Source: Pseudomonadota bacterium (GTDB lineage: Bacteria; Pseudomonadota; Gammaproteobacteria; Burkholderiales; Burkholderiaceae_C). Taken from it: a stretch of DNA of 64,000 nt. Where the stretch lies: the NCBI GenBank assembly GCA_041192445.1, contig JBEEMW010000070.1, positions 21,365 to 85,364 of the forward strand. Direction: 5' to 3'. This document shows positions 1-9,179 of the stretch, piece after piece. Position numbers and translations under genes: made by a program. The notes below the pieces were generated by a model. The model saw only the letters and a list, made by a program, of their open reading frames with translations. It searched no databases and was not told the origin of the DNA. Positions within the stretch are counted from its first letter, which is position 1, and every line of letters begins with the position of its first letter.

Positions 1-2299
1 GCGCGGGCGGCGCTTTTTGAGCAGGTACCGGCGAGCTTGCAAAAGCCGAATAATCCCGACCAAATTGGCCCTTAGCCCCCGAGTAGCCTGCGTAGTCAGC
101 TCCTGAATTAATAGCACCTGCTGCGCCAGAACCGAAGCCCCTGGCTTTGGGCGTGAGCCACTTGAGCGCCGATTCAGGCAGCTCATCAAAAAACCGGCTC
201 CGCACGTTGTAACGGGTTTGCCCATGCAACATGCGGGTTTGTGAGTGGCTCAGGTACAGGCGCTGGCGGGCGCGGGTAATGGCCACGTACATCAGGCGGC
301 GCTCTTCCTCCAGACCATCATGGTCGCTCATGGAGTTTTCATGGGGGAACAGGCCCTCCTCCATGCCGGTGATGAACACGCAATCAAACTCCAGGCCCTT
401 GCTGGAGTGCACCGTCATGAGCTGAATGGCGTCTTGCCCGGCCTGCGCCTGGTTGTCGCCGGCCTCCAGGGCCGCATGGGTGAGGAAGGCGACGAGCGGA
501 GAAAGTGTCTCACCGGTTTCAGTATCCGGGAAATCCGTTCGCACTGAGCTTGTCGAAGTGCCCGCAAGGTCTTCGACAGGACCCGTCCTGAGCCCGCCGA
601 AGGGCTCAGGCTGAACGGGATTTGCGGTTGCTCCCAGCTCATCCACCGGCAAAGCCACGGCGTCACGACCAAACCCTTCGAGAGAAACAAAACTCTCTGC
701 CGCGTTCACCAGCTCCTCCAGATTCTCGACGCGGTCAGCGCCTTCGCGATCGGCCCGGTAGTGCTCAATCAGGCCGCTGTGGTCCAGCACCAACTCGATG
801 ATTTCACGCAAGGTCATGCCTTGGGTCTGTTCGCGCAACACCTCGATTTTGGCCAGAAATGCACCAATATTGGTGCCAGCCTTGCCGCTGACACCGCTCA
901 CGGCGTCACTCAGCGAACACCCGCTGACCCGTGCCACGTCCTGCAACTGCTCCAGGCTGCGAGTGCCAATGCCACGGGGTGGGAAATTCACAGCCCGCAG
1001 AAAACTCGTGTCATCTCGCGGGTTCTCCAGCAGGCGCAGGTAGGCCAGCGCATTTTTAATCTCGGCCCGCTCAAAAAAGCGTAAACCACCGTACACCTTG
1101 TAGGGCATGGCGGCATTGAACAATGCGGTCTCAATCACCCGGCTCTGCGCATTGCTGCGGTACAGCACGGCAATCTCCTTGCGCGCCATGCCTTCTCGCA
1201 CCAACTGGCGCATTTCATCCACCATCCATTGCGCCTCGGCCAGGTCACTGGCGGACTCATACACACGCACCGGCTCACCGGGGCCTTGATCGGTACGCAG
1301 GTTTTTGCCCAGTCGCCTGGTGTTGTGGCTGATCAGTTCATTGGCGGAATCCAGGATATTGCTGTAGCTGCGGTAGTTTTGCTCCAGCTTGATCTGGTGC
1401 TGCACACCAAACTCACGCACAAAATCGGCCATGTTGCCGACCCGCGCACCGCGAAAGGCGTAGATGCTCTGATCATCATCCCCCACCGCCAGCACACTGC
1501 CGGTCGGACTGAAACTGGCCGCGTCAAGCCCGGAACCACCCGCACCAGTGCCTGCCAGCATCTTGATCCAGGCATATTGCAGCTTGTTGGTATCCTGAAA
1601 TTCGTCGATCAAAATGTGGCGAAAACGGCGCTGGTAGTGTTCACGAATGGGGTCGTTGTCGCGCAGCACCTCAAAGCTGCGCAACATCAACTCACCAAAA
1701 TCCACCACGCCCTCGCGCTGACACTGGTCTTCGTAGAGTTGATAAATCTCGATTTTCTTGCGTGTTTCTTCATCACGCACCTCCACCATATTGGGCCGCA
1801 GGCCATCCTCCTTGCAACCGCCAATGAACCACTGCGTCTGCTTGGGTGGAAACCGCTCGTCGTCGATGTTGAATTGTTTGTACAGGCGTTTGATGGCACT
1901 GAGCTGATCCTGTGTGTCCAGAATCTGAAACGCCTGCGGCAGGTTGGCCATTTTGAAATGTGAACGCAGAAACCGGTTGCACAGTCCGTGAAACGTGCCA
2001 ATCCACATGCCACGCACATTGATTGGCAACATGGCCGAGAGGCGCGTCATCATCTCCTTGGCCGCCTTGTTTGTGAACGTGACCGCCATCACACCGCCGG
2101 GTGAAACCTGCCCCGTTTGCAGCAGCCAGGCGATGCGGGTGGTGAGCACGCGGGTCTTGCCAGAGCCCGCGCCGGCAAGAATGAGGGCATGTTCGGCCGG
2201 CAAGGTCACTGCGGCGCGCTGCTCGGGGTTCAGGGTGCCGAGAAGCGGGGATTGGGTGGCGTCGGGCGACGCATCAAATAACGAAGGGGCAAGAGTCAT
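1..2299 (-). CDS. uvrD: DNA helicase II (UvrD/PcrA family); the C-terminus runs off the window start
   Basis: Hand translation of the minus strand from the ATG at 2299 gives MTLAPSLFDASPD...LNPEQRAAVTLPAEHALILAGAGSGKTRVLTTRIAWL (Walker A), ILIDEFQDTN and VGDDDQSIYAFRGA. There is no stop before position 1, so it is missing from the ORF track, which lists closed ORFs only. Confidence 0.9.
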   Translation of the reverse strand, partial: MTLAPSLFDASPDATQSPLLGTLNPEQRAAVTLPAEHALILAGAGSGKTRVLTTRIAWLLQTGQVSPGGVMAVTFTNKAAKEMMTRLSAMLPINVRGMWIGTFHGLCNRFLRSHFKMANLPQAFQILDTQDQLSAIKRLYKQFNIDDERFPPKQTQWFIGGCKEDGLRPNMVEVRDEETRKKIEIYQLYEDQCQREGVVDFGELMLRSFEVLRDNDPIREHYQRRFRHILIDEFQDTNKLQYAWIKMLAGTGAGGSGLDAASFSPTGSVLAVGDDDQSIYAFRGARVGNMADFVREFGVQHQIKLEQNYRSYSNILDSANELISHNTRRLGKNLRTDQGPGEPVRVYESASDLAEAQWMVDEMRQLVREGMARKEIAVLYRSNAQSRVIETALFNAAMPYKVYGGLRFFERAEIKNALAYLRLLENPRDDTSFLRAVNFPPRGIGTRSLEQLQDVARVSGCSLSDAVSGVSGKAGTNIGAFLAKIEVLREQTQGMTLREIIELVLDHSGLIEHYRADREGADRVENLEELVNAAESFVSLEGFGRDAVALPVDELGATANPVQPEPFGGLRTGPVEDLAGTSTSSVRTDFPDTETGETLSPLVAFLTHAALEAGDNQAQAGQDAIQLMTVHSSKGLEFDCVFITGMEEGLFPHENSMSDHDGLEEERRLMYVAITRARQRLYLSHSQTRMLHGQTRYNVRSRFFDELPESALKWLTPKARGFGSGAAGAINSGADYAGYSGAKGQFGRDYSAFASSPVPAQKAPPA
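62..117 (-). repeat. ~55-bp dispersed repeat (forward orientation on the minus strand), inside the uvrD C-terminal tail
   Basis: The reverse complement gtgctattaattcaggagctgactacgcaggctactcgggggctaagggccaattt matches the copy at 49315-49372 at 40/56 positions, ungapped and hand-counted. It is read in frame as GAINSGADYAGYSGAKGQF. Confidence 0.8.
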
Positions 2300-2388
2300 G
2301 ACCGCATTGTAGAAACCCATAAGCCGCAACCTATGCACCTCAAACCGGGGGCATATGGGGTGTCGGGTATTCATGAGTAGAATCAGCC

Positions 2389-2422
2389 ACCGGGCCCAAG
2401 CAATTGAGGCCCGGTTTTTTTT
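2389..2422 (+). promoter_or_regulatory. Terminator-like hairpin plus T8 in the guaC 5' leader (possible attenuator or 5' stabiliser)
   Basis: accgggcc (2389-2396) pairs with ggcccggt (2408-2415) around an 11-nt loop and is followed by a run of T up to 2422. It sits directly before GGAG (2423-2426) and the guaC ATG at 2435. No upstream plus-strand gene exists for it to terminate. Confidence 0.4.
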
Positions 2423-2434
2423 GGAGCCCGCATC

Positions 2435-3412
2435 ATGGAAATCTTTGATTACGACAACATTTTGCTGCTGCCACGCAAATGCCGCGTGGAGAGCCGCTCG
2501 GAATGCGACGCCAGCGTGGAGCTTGGTGGCAGGCGTTTTCGTATCCCCGTTGTCCCTGCAAACATGAAAACGGTGGTGGATGAATCCATTTGTGTCTGGC
2601 TGGCGCAAAACGGCTATTTTTACGTGATGCACCGGTTTGACCTGGACAATGTGCAGTTCGTGAAGGACATGAAGGCCAAAGGACTCTTCGCGTCGATTTC
2701 GCTGGGTGTCAAAAAGCCGAACTACGCAACCGTCGATCAATTGCTGGGCCTGGGTTTGATTCCCGAATACGTCACCATCGACATCGCGCACGGCCATGCC
2801 GACAGCGTGAAAGACATGATTGGCTATCTCAAGGAAAAAATGCCGTCCACCTTCATCATCGCGGGCAATGTGGCTACACCCGAAGCCGTGATTGATCTGG
2901 AAAACTGGGGCGCTGATGCGACCAAGGTCGGCATTGGCCCTGGCAAGGTGTGCATCACCAAACTCAAGACCGGTTTTGGCACGGGCGGCTGGCAACTGTC
3001 GGCAGTAAAGTGGTGCGCGCGCGTGGCGACCAAACCCATCATTGCGGACGGTGGCATTCGGGACCACGGCGACATTGCCAAGAGTATTCGTTTCGGTGCC
3101 ACCCTGGTCATGATTGGCTCTCTCTTCGCGGGGCACGAAGAATCACCGGGCAAAACCGTAGAAGTGGATGGCAAGCTGTTCAAGGAATACTACGGCTCGG
3201 CCAGTGACTTCAACAAAGGCGAGTACAAACACGTTGAAGGCAAGCGCATCCTGGAGCCCATCAAAGGCAAGCTGGCCGACACGCTGGTCGAGATGGAGCA
3301 GGACGTGCAAAGCTCCATCAGCTACTCCGGTGGCAAAAAACTGATGGATATCCGCAAGGTGAATTACGTTACCCTGGGCGGGGACAACGCGGGCGAACAC
3401 TTGCTGATGTAG
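2435..3412 (+). CDS. guaC: GMP reductase
   Basis: 325-aa ORF starting [16 protein letters not shown]...VVPANMKTV, with [11 protein letters not shown] and a 'GGIR..GDIAK' IMPDH/GMPR-family barrel. Length fits the GuaC type. Confidence 0.9.
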   Translation: MEIFDYDNILLLPRKCRVESRSECDASVELGGRRFRIPVVPANMKTVVDESICVWLAQNGYFYVMHRFDLDNVQFVKDMKAKGLFASISLGVKKPNYATVDQLLGLGLIPEYVTIDIAHGHADSVKDMIGYLKEKMPSTFIIAGNVATPEAVIDLENWGADATKVGIGPGKVCITKLKTGFGTGGWQLSAVKWCARVATKPIIADGGIRDHGDIAKSIRFGATLVMIGSLFAGHEESPGKTVEVDGKLFKEYYGSASDFNKGEYKHVEGKRILEPIKGKLADTLVEMEQDVQSSISYSGGKKLMDIRKVNYVTLGGDNAGEHLLM

Positions 3413-3677
3413 CCTTGCGCCCGCCGGCTCCCACTGCGGGGCCCTGGTTGATAAATGCCGTGTGATGCCTTGATGCCCCCTTTATCCGGGCATCAAGATC
3501 CCGCCATAAGGGCCGATAACCAACAGGAAGGCGTGCGTCATTGTGTGACTGCACAGGCAAGCGCCTGCTAACATCAAATTAGATGCCAAGGGTGGCTCGC
3601 GTGGTGGGCCTGTCAGGGATGCAAAAGTCTGTCGCTCTATTCTCTTGTCCACCCTATTCATGCAAGGAGGGTCAAAG

Positions 3678-4826
3678 ATGAAGATGTTGAGGCTGCCATA
3701 TGAAAAAGTGCAGCTCGGCGGGCCGCTGCCTTGGAATGTTCGTGATTCCGAGGGGCGACTGTTGCTTACCCGTGGCCACATCGTCAGTAGCGAAGAACAG
3801 CTGCAGGCCTTGCTGCAACGCGGTGCATTTGTCGATATTGAAGAAATTCGGGAAGCCGCCGGCCTGTCGAACAACCCGCCGGTATCTTCCGGGCGCTCGC
3901 TCAATTTGTTTGGTCTGTGGGAAAACACAACGCATGAGCTGGAACTGCTGCTCAGGGACGTCCCGAAGACGCATGACTTCGTCAACCGGATCGATCAATT
4001 CGCAAAACAGATTTTTGCACTCGTGGACCGTGATCCGGAGGTTGGAATTTATCGCACTGTGCGCCAGGACAAGGTACAACCCTTTCATTACGGCTATATC
4101 CACAGCGTTCATACCGCGCTCATTTGCATTTTGATGTCTCGCCGTTTGGGTTGGCCAGAAAGCAAGGGGATGAGCCTGGTCAAAGCGGCACTCACCATGA
4201 ACTTGCCAATTCTGGAGTTACAGGGACAGATGGCCAAGCAGGAGGTGTCCCTTAAAGGTGTACAAAAAGCCATTATTCGAAAGCACCCGGCGCAGGCGGC
4301 CTTGTGGCTCGAAGAGGCCGGTGTGACCGATCAGGACTGGCTGACCGCTGTATCACAGCACCATGAGCGGGCAGACGGGACGGGTTACCCGACGGGGTCA
4401 AGTGCACCATCAGAACTGGCCGTAGCGCTGCGGGTAGCCGACGTTTTCATGGCCAGAATAAGCCCGCGCACCATACGCCCGGCGCTGACGGTCCAGGAGG
4501 CGGCCCGTCAGCTGTTTCGCGAAGACAAGGGGGGTCCGCTCTCGATGGCGGTTATCAAGGAATTTGGCATTTATCCGCCCGGTGATTTTGTCAAGTTGAA
4601 ATCGGGCGAGCTGGCCATCGTCGTCAAACGCAGCGCAAATGCCAAGGCACCGCTGGTTGCCGCCATCACCGACCGTTCTGGCAAGCCGGTGAACACTTCC
4701 CTTCGCCGCGACACCGCCGAGCCGGAGTTTGTGATTATCGGTACAGTCGCAGACAAAACACTGATTGGCAACATGCCGCCGGAGCGCCTATACGGTTACG
4801 CCGAGGTCACGCCCCACCCAACTTGA
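3678..4826 (+). CDS. HD-GYP domain protein (probable c-di-GMP phosphodiesterase) with a DUF3391-like N-terminus
   Basis: Contains HHERADGTGYP (HD-GYP signature) and an upstream HD region (HSVHTALI). I chose the ATG at 3678 because AGGAGGG lies about 7 nt upstream; the ORF track's longest start is 3645. Confidence 0.8.
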   Translation: MKMLRLPYEKVQLGGPLPWNVRDSEGRLLLTRGHIVSSEEQLQALLQRGAFVDIEEIREAAGLSNNPPVSSGRSLNLFGLWENTTHELELLLRDVPKTHDFVNRIDQFAKQIFALVDRDPEVGIYRTVRQDKVQPFHYGYIHSVHTALICILMSRRLGWPESKGMSLVKAALTMNLPILELQGQMAKQEVSLKGVQKAIIRKHPAQAALWLEEAGVTDQDWLTAVSQHHERADGTGYPTGSSAPSELAVALRVADVFMARISPRTIRPALTVQEAARQLFREDKGGPLSMAVIKEFGIYPPGDFVKLKSGELAIVVKRSANAKAPLVAAITDRSGKPVNTSLRRDTAEPEFVIIGTVADKTLIGNMPPERLYGYAEVTPHPT

Positions 4827-4844
4827 GATGTCAGGCCTCCAGAT

Positions 4845-4877
4845 GAAAAAAAAGGAACCTCGCGGTTCCTTTTTTTC
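4845..4877. terminator. Bidirectional intrinsic terminator between the convergent HD-GYP and helicase genes
   Basis: A9-AGGAACC-tcgc-GGTTCCT-T7: a perfect 7-bp stem flanked by an A-run and a T-run. Confidence 0.8.
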
Positions 4878-4896
4878 TGGCTGCGAGGCGTTAACC

Positions 4897-6726
4897 TTAG
4901 CGAGCCGGTTTGGAGAAAGTCTTTTTCGCGTCGCGGGGTACAAATACTTTGCCACCATTGCCCGGCTTCGCGCCCATGGGCTTGCCAAATGCGGGTTTGC
5001 GGGCAGGTGCAGCGAAATCACCACGTGGTGCGCCAAAATCACCACGCGGCGCAGCCGACTCCTGGCGAGCACCGCCAGCAAAGCGGTCGTTAAAACCACC
5101 CTTACGCTCGTAGCTGAATCCTTCACGATCGCCACCAAAACCGCCTGGACGGCCGCCACCGTTGCCCGCACCGAAACCACCACCGCCGCCGAATTTGCGG
5201 TCACGGGATTGATTGTCGTTGGCACCGCGGCCAGTGTTACGGCCACCGAAATTCCCGGCAGGACGTGAATCAGGCATACGTTGTTTGGGTTCCATGCCGG
5301 GGACCACTTCAGATTTGATCGGCTGACGTGTGTAAGCCTCGATGTCAAAAATCTTGCGGCGATCACGAACCTCAGCAAACGTCACTGCAATGCCATCGCG
5401 ACCAGCACGGCCAGTACGGCCAATGCGGTGGGTGTAGTCTTCCGCTTTCATGGGCAGCCCAAAGTTGAACACGTGGGTAATGGTGGGCACGTCAATACCG
5501 CGAGCGGCCACGTCGGTTGCCACCAAAATCTGGACATGTCCTTCACGCAGCGCCATCAAACGGCGATTACGCAAACCCTGATTCAGGGCACCATGCAGGG
5601 CAACTGCACTGAAACCATCTTGTTGCAGGTCATTGGCCAAACCATCACACTCGATTTGTGTGCTGGCGAAAACAATCGCCTGATTGATGGTGGTGTCGCG
5701 CAACCAATGGTCAAGCAGTTTGCGTTTGTGTTGTGCTGTATCCGCCCAAAACAACATCTGTTTGATGTTTTGATGCTTTTCCTGTGGCGAATCAATCTGA
5801 ACGCGCTGTGGCTCGCGCATCACGCGGGTTGCCAGTTGCTGAATGCGTGGTGCCAGCGTCGCGCTGAACATCATGGTTTGCTTGCGTTCGATGGTGAGCT
5901 GGTTGACTTCAGCCAGGTCATCGGCAAAACCCAGGTCCAGCATGCGGTCGGCTTCGTCAACGACCAGGAACTGAACCTTGTCGAGCTTGAGCTGCATGGA
6001 GCGTTGCAGATCCAGCAAACGGCCGGGTGTGGCCACCACCAGGTTGGCGTTTTGCAGTTTTGCAATTTGCAACTGGTATGGCATGCCACCAACCACGTTG
6101 GCAACGCGCAGACCACGGCAATGACGCACCAGGTCGATGGCATCATGCGCAACTTGTTGAGCCAGCTCACGCGTAGGGCACAAAATCAGCGCGCCGGGTT
6201 CGGCCGCCTTGAAATGACGTGGATTGGTGGGGTCTTTGCGTTTGGCACGCTTGGGAGGCGCTTCGCCTTTGGCGGCAGCGTCAGCCACAGCCCGCTCGAA
6301 TTCTGCGCGTTCATCAGCCTCTGCCTGGGCTTCCTGCATCAGCAGCGTATGCAGAACCGGCAGCAAAAATGCAGCCGTTTTGCCGCTACCCGTCTGGCTG
6401 GACACCATCAGGTCAATGAAACGGCTGGCTTTGCCCGACGCACTGTCGGTTGGCAAAGCCAGGGGAATGGTTTGCAACTGCACTGAGGTTGGCTGGGTGA
6501 ACCCCAGGTCTTGCACGGCTTGCAGCAACTCAGGGCGCAGGCCGAGTTTCACGAACCCGTTGGGTACGGCCTCGACTGCTTCGACGGTGTCGGCTGCAGC
6601 AGCCACATCATCTTGCACGAGTTCGGATGGCTCAGCGAAGGTTTGCGCCTCAAACGAGTCGCTGGAATTGCTGGAAAAGGAATCAGCAAGCGAAAGATCG
6701 CCTGCAACGTCAAATGCGTCGTTCAT
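4897..6726 (-). CDS. DEAD-box ATP-dependent RNA helicase with a long Gly/Arg-rich C-terminal tail
   Basis: Motifs SQTGSGKTAAFLLP (Walker A), VVDEADRMLDLGF (DEAD), SAT and HRIGRTGRAG. The tail is rich in RGG/FGG and includes APRGDFGAPRGDFAAP. Confidence 0.92.
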   Translation of the reverse strand: MNDAFDVAGDLSLADSFSSNSSDSFEAQTFAEPSELVQDDVAAAADTVEAVEAVPNGFVKLGLRPELLQAVQDLGFTQPTSVQLQTIPLALPTDSASGKASRFIDLMVSSQTGSGKTAAFLLPVLHTLLMQEAQAEADERAEFERAVADAAAKGEAPPKRAKRKDPTNPRHFKAAEPGALILCPTRELAQQVAHDAIDLVRHCRGLRVANVVGGMPYQLQIAKLQNANLVVATPGRLLDLQRSMQLKLDKVQFLVVDEADRMLDLGFADDLAEVNQLTIERKQTMMFSATLAPRIQQLATRVMREPQRVQIDSPQEKHQNIKQMLFWADTAQHKRKLLDHWLRDTTINQAIVFASTQIECDGLANDLQQDGFSAVALHGALNQGLRNRRLMALREGHVQILVATDVAARGIDVPTITHVFNFGLPMKAEDYTHRIGRTGRAGRDGIAVTFAEVRDRRKIFDIEAYTRQPIKSEVVPGMEPKQRMPDSRPAGNFGGRNTGRGANDNQSRDRKFGGGGGFGAGNGGGRPGGFGGDREGFSYERKGGFNDRFAGGARQESAAPRGDFGAPRGDFAAPARKPAFGKPMGAKPGNGGKVFVPRDAKKTFSKPAR

Positions 6727-6744
6727 GTATTTCTCACACGCGAG

Positions 6745-6785
6745 TGCTACCGGGTAGGTAGCTACTCCGTCAATGGTTAAAAAAC
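6745..6785 (+). repeat. Possible truncated or degenerate copy of the 55-bp repeat in the helicase 5' region
   Basis: tgctaccgggtaggtagctactccgtcaat matches the forward 5' half of the 15158-15213 copy at 20/30 positions. The 3' CGGGGGCTAAGGGCC module is absent. Confidence 0.3.
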
Positions 6786-6868
6786 ATCAACCATCAAACG
6801 GAACCTGCGCTGGTCTGACCGGCGCTTGGGACTCATTTCTGCGAGTCCTGTGTGTGAGGGGAGATGTG

Positions 6869-6893
6869 CAAAAACGCTACTGTTTGTAGCGCA
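6869..6893 (-). terminator. Intrinsic terminator downstream of orn
   Basis: The minus strand reads gcgctac-aaaca-gtagcgc followed by ttttt, about 35 nt after the orn stop. Confidence 0.6.
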
Positions 6894-6926
6894 GCCTCAG
6901 ATTATGTCACGGATTCGGGTTTCTAC

Positions 6927-7499
6927 CTAATCAGTCAGTTTGAGGAAGTGTTCCCGGTAATGCATCAACTCGTCAATGGACTCATGTACGTCCGCCAGCG
7001 CCGTGTGGCTTTGCTGCTTTTTGAAGGAACTGTAGACCGACGGACGCCAGCGTTTTGACAACTCCTTAAGCGTACTGACGTCCAGATTGCGGTAGTGGAA
7101 AAAGGCCTCCAGCTTGGGCATGTACTTCACCAAAAAACGCCGATCCTGCCCGATGCTGTTGCCACACATGGGCGAGCCCCCTTTGGGCACGTACTGGCTC
7201 AAAAACTCGATCAATCGGGCTTGGGCCACCTCTTCCGACAGGCTGGATGCCTTGACCTTGTCAATGAGGCCACTCTTGCCGTGGGTGCCCTTGTTCCAGG
7301 CGTCCATCTTGTCCAGCTGGTCATTCGTCTGGTGGATGACCAGCACCGGCCCCTCGACGCGTGACTCGAGGTTGGGTCCGGTCACGACCACGGCTATTTC
7401 GATGATCCGGTCGATATCGGGCTCAAGTCCGGTCATTTCGCAGTCAAGCCAAACCAGGTTTTGGTCAGATTTTGTGAGGAGGGGGGTTGTATCAGACAT
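6927..7499 (-). CDS. orn: Oligoribonuclease
   Basis: [41 protein letters not shown] (DEDDh exonuclease motif I) ... [14 protein letters not shown]. The start is trimmed to the ATG at 7499, because the 257-aa track ORF has a non-homologous N-terminal extension. Confidence 0.9.
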   Translation of the reverse strand: MSDTTPLLTKSDQNLVWLDCEMTGLEPDIDRIIEIAVVVTGPNLESRVEGPVLVIHQTNDQLDKMDAWNKGTHGKSGLIDKVKASSLSEEVAQARLIEFLSQYVPKGGSPMCGNSIGQDRRFLVKYMPKLEAFFHYRNLDVSTLKELSKRWRPSVYSSFKKQQSHTALADVHESIDELMHYREHFLKLTD

Positions 7500-7536
7500 A
7501 GCCTGCATTGTCACCGATGACCTAAACTCGGGGCTC

Positions 7537-8826
7537 ATGATTGATTCAACCGCCCCCTCCCCTTCGTCATTCACCTTGACGCTGGTCTTTGCGACCACGC
7601 TTCTTCTGGGCCTGATCCTGAAACTGTGGTTGACGTCACGCCAGATTCGGCACGTGGCCCGCCATCGTGATGCGGTGCCAACGGCGTTTGCCCACACCAT
7701 TTCGCTCCCCGCGCACCAGAAGGCAGCCGACTACACCATTGTGAAAGCACGCTTCGGTTTGCTCGAACTGGCCTTGGGCACGGTCTTGCTGCTGGCCTGG
7801 ACATTGCTGGGCGGGCTGTCTCTCCTGAATCAGGTGTTGCTGGCCTGGCTGGCTGGGGGTATCACCCAGCAACTGGCGCTGCTGGCGGCGTTTGCCGTAA
7901 TCAGCGGTTTGATGGATTTGCCAGCCACGCTGTACCAGACGTTCATCATTGAGGAGCAGTTTGGATTCAACAAGATGACGCTCAAGCTGTGGCTGCTTGA
8001 TTTGGTCAAATCAAGCCTGGTGGGTGCCGCAATTGGCCTGCCACTGGCGGCACTGGTACTGTGGCTGATGGGTGCCGCTGGCCATGCGTGGTGGCTCTGG
8101 ACCTGGGGCGTATGGACTGGTTTCAACCTTCTTTTGCTGTTCATTTATCCCAGCTTTATCGCGCCGCTTTTCAACACGTTCAAACCTCTGGACGATGAAA
8201 ACCTCAAGGCGCGGGTGACAGCCCTGATGCAACGCTGCGGCTTCGCAGCCAAAGGGTTTTTCGTCATGGATGGCAGCCGGCGCAGTGGCCATGGGAACGC
8301 TTATTTCACCGGATTCGGGACCTCCAGACGTGTTGTATTTTTTGACACCTTGCTGGCCAAACTGTCGGTGCCGGAGGTTGAGGCGGTACTGGCGCACGAA
8401 CTGGGCCACTTCAAGCACAAGCACATCGTCAAGCGCATGGTGACGATGTTCGCCATCAGTTTGCTGGGTTTTGCCGTATTGGGGTGGTTGACCACCCAAG
8501 CCTGGTTTTACACCGGACTGGGTGTTCAGCCCAATCTGGGCGCTCCCAACAATGCCCTGGCACTGCTGCTGTTCATACTGGCCATGCCGGTGTTCAGCTT
8601 CTTCATATCGCCGGTGTTCGCCCAACTTTCACGCAAGCATGAGTTCGAGGCCGACGCCTATGCGGTCACACAAACCAGTGGGCAGGACTTGTCGAGCGCC
8701 CTGCTCAAGCTGTATGAAGACAATGCATCAACACTCACACCTGATCCTGTTTTTGTCAGGTTCTATTACTCCCACCCCCCCGCGACAGAGCGTCTGATGC
8801 GTTTCAACCCGTCGGCTTCGGTCTGA
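7537..8826 (+). CDS. M48-family zinc metallopeptidase (Ste24/HtpX-like), polytopic membrane protein
   Basis: [10 protein letters not shown] (HEXXH) plus multiple hydrophobic segments. The start is set at the ATG at 7537 (MIDSTAPS...), because the longer track ORF (7114) overlaps orn on the opposite strand. Confidence 0.85.
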   Translation: MIDSTAPSPSSFTLTLVFATTLLLGLILKLWLTSRQIRHVARHRDAVPTAFAHTISLPAHQKAADYTIVKARFGLLELALGTVLLLAWTLLGGLSLLNQVLLAWLAGGITQQLALLAAFAVISGLMDLPATLYQTFIIEEQFGFNKMTLKLWLLDLVKSSLVGAAIGLPLAALVLWLMGAAGHAWWLWTWGVWTGFNLLLLFIYPSFIAPLFNTFKPLDDENLKARVTALMQRCGFAAKGFFVMDGSRRSGHGNAYFTGFGTSRRVVFFDTLLAKLSVPEVEAVLAHELGHFKHKHIVKRMVTMFAISLLGFAVLGWLTTQAWFYTGLGVQPNLGAPNNALALLLFILAMPVFSFFISPVFAQLSRKHEFEADAYAVTQTSGQDLSSALLKLYEDNASTLTPDPVFVRFYYSHPPATERLMRFNPSASV

Positions 8827-8843
8827 ACATTCCGATTACCGTC

Positions 8844-9179
8844 ATGAACGACACTTTGAAGAAAAAAGACTGGTCAGCCCTTGCCAGACGTGCGTTGACA
8901 GCTACTGAAATCATAGCGAATCTGGCTAAACTGGAAGGCTGGACGCTCACTGGAGACGGGGCGTCCATCGCCATTGAAAAGACCTATCCGTTCAAAAATT
9001 ACTATCAGACGATGGCGTTCGTCAATGCCGTTGCCTTCATCGCGCATGTTCAGGACCACCATCCGGATTTGTCGGTGCATTACAGCCGCTGTGTCGTGCG
9101 TTTCAACACACATGACGTCGGCGGCATTTCGGTGACCGACTTTGAATGCGCCACCCAGATTGACGCGCTAATCACATGA
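8844..9179 (+). CDS. phhB: Pterin-4a-carbinolamine dehydratase
   Basis: 111 aa, with the LEGWTL...IEKTYPFKNYYQTMAFVNAVAFIAHVQDHHPDL...THDVGGIS pattern typical of the PCD/DCoH family. Confidence 0.85.
   Translation: MNDTLKKKDWSALARRALTATEIIANLAKLEGWTLTGDGASIAIEKTYPFKNYYQTMAFVNAVAFIAHVQDHHPDLSVHYSRCVVRFNTHDVGGISVTDFECATQIDALIT
8864..8921 (-). repeat. 55-bp repeat copy (forward on the minus strand) inside the phhB N-terminal coding region
   Basis: cagcccttgccagacgtgcgttgacagctactgaaatcatagcgaat matches the 30973-31028 copy at 32/47 and the reverse complement of the 21084-21137 copy at 33/47 (ungapped, hand-counted). It uses unusual AT-rich or rare codons (aga, aca, act, ata). Confidence 0.55.

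Noticed and set aside
588-612. A 9-bp perfect inverted repeat, CCTGAGCCC-gccgaa-GGGCTCAGG, inside uvrD.
   Set aside because: It lies in frame within a variable linker of the helicase, and no other copy is seen in the window. It is probably a fortuitous coding-sequence palindrome.
1229-1963. Long ORFs on the strand opposite to real genes. Examples: 1229-1963, 5281-6486, 10222-11187, 17442-19166, 37904-38776, 41660-42490, 48192-48917, 50556-51704, 53514-54641.
   Set aside because: Each lies entirely antisense to, or out of frame with, a gene that has clear family motifs. Their translations are low-complexity and Arg/Gly/His-rich with no recognisable motifs. These are typical shadow ORFs of GC-rich DNA.
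2300-2434. A purine/guanine riboswitch upstream of guaC.
   Set aside because: I could not identify the conserved three-way junction or loop motifs of the purine riboswitch in the 135-nt leader. Only a terminator-like hairpin is evident, and that is reported separately as a low-confidence finding.
7114-7536. The 570-aa version of the M48 peptidase ORF starting at 7114.
   Set aside because: Its first 141 codons overlap orn on the opposite strand and show no membrane or peptidase features. The internal ATG at 7537 gives a canonical protein.
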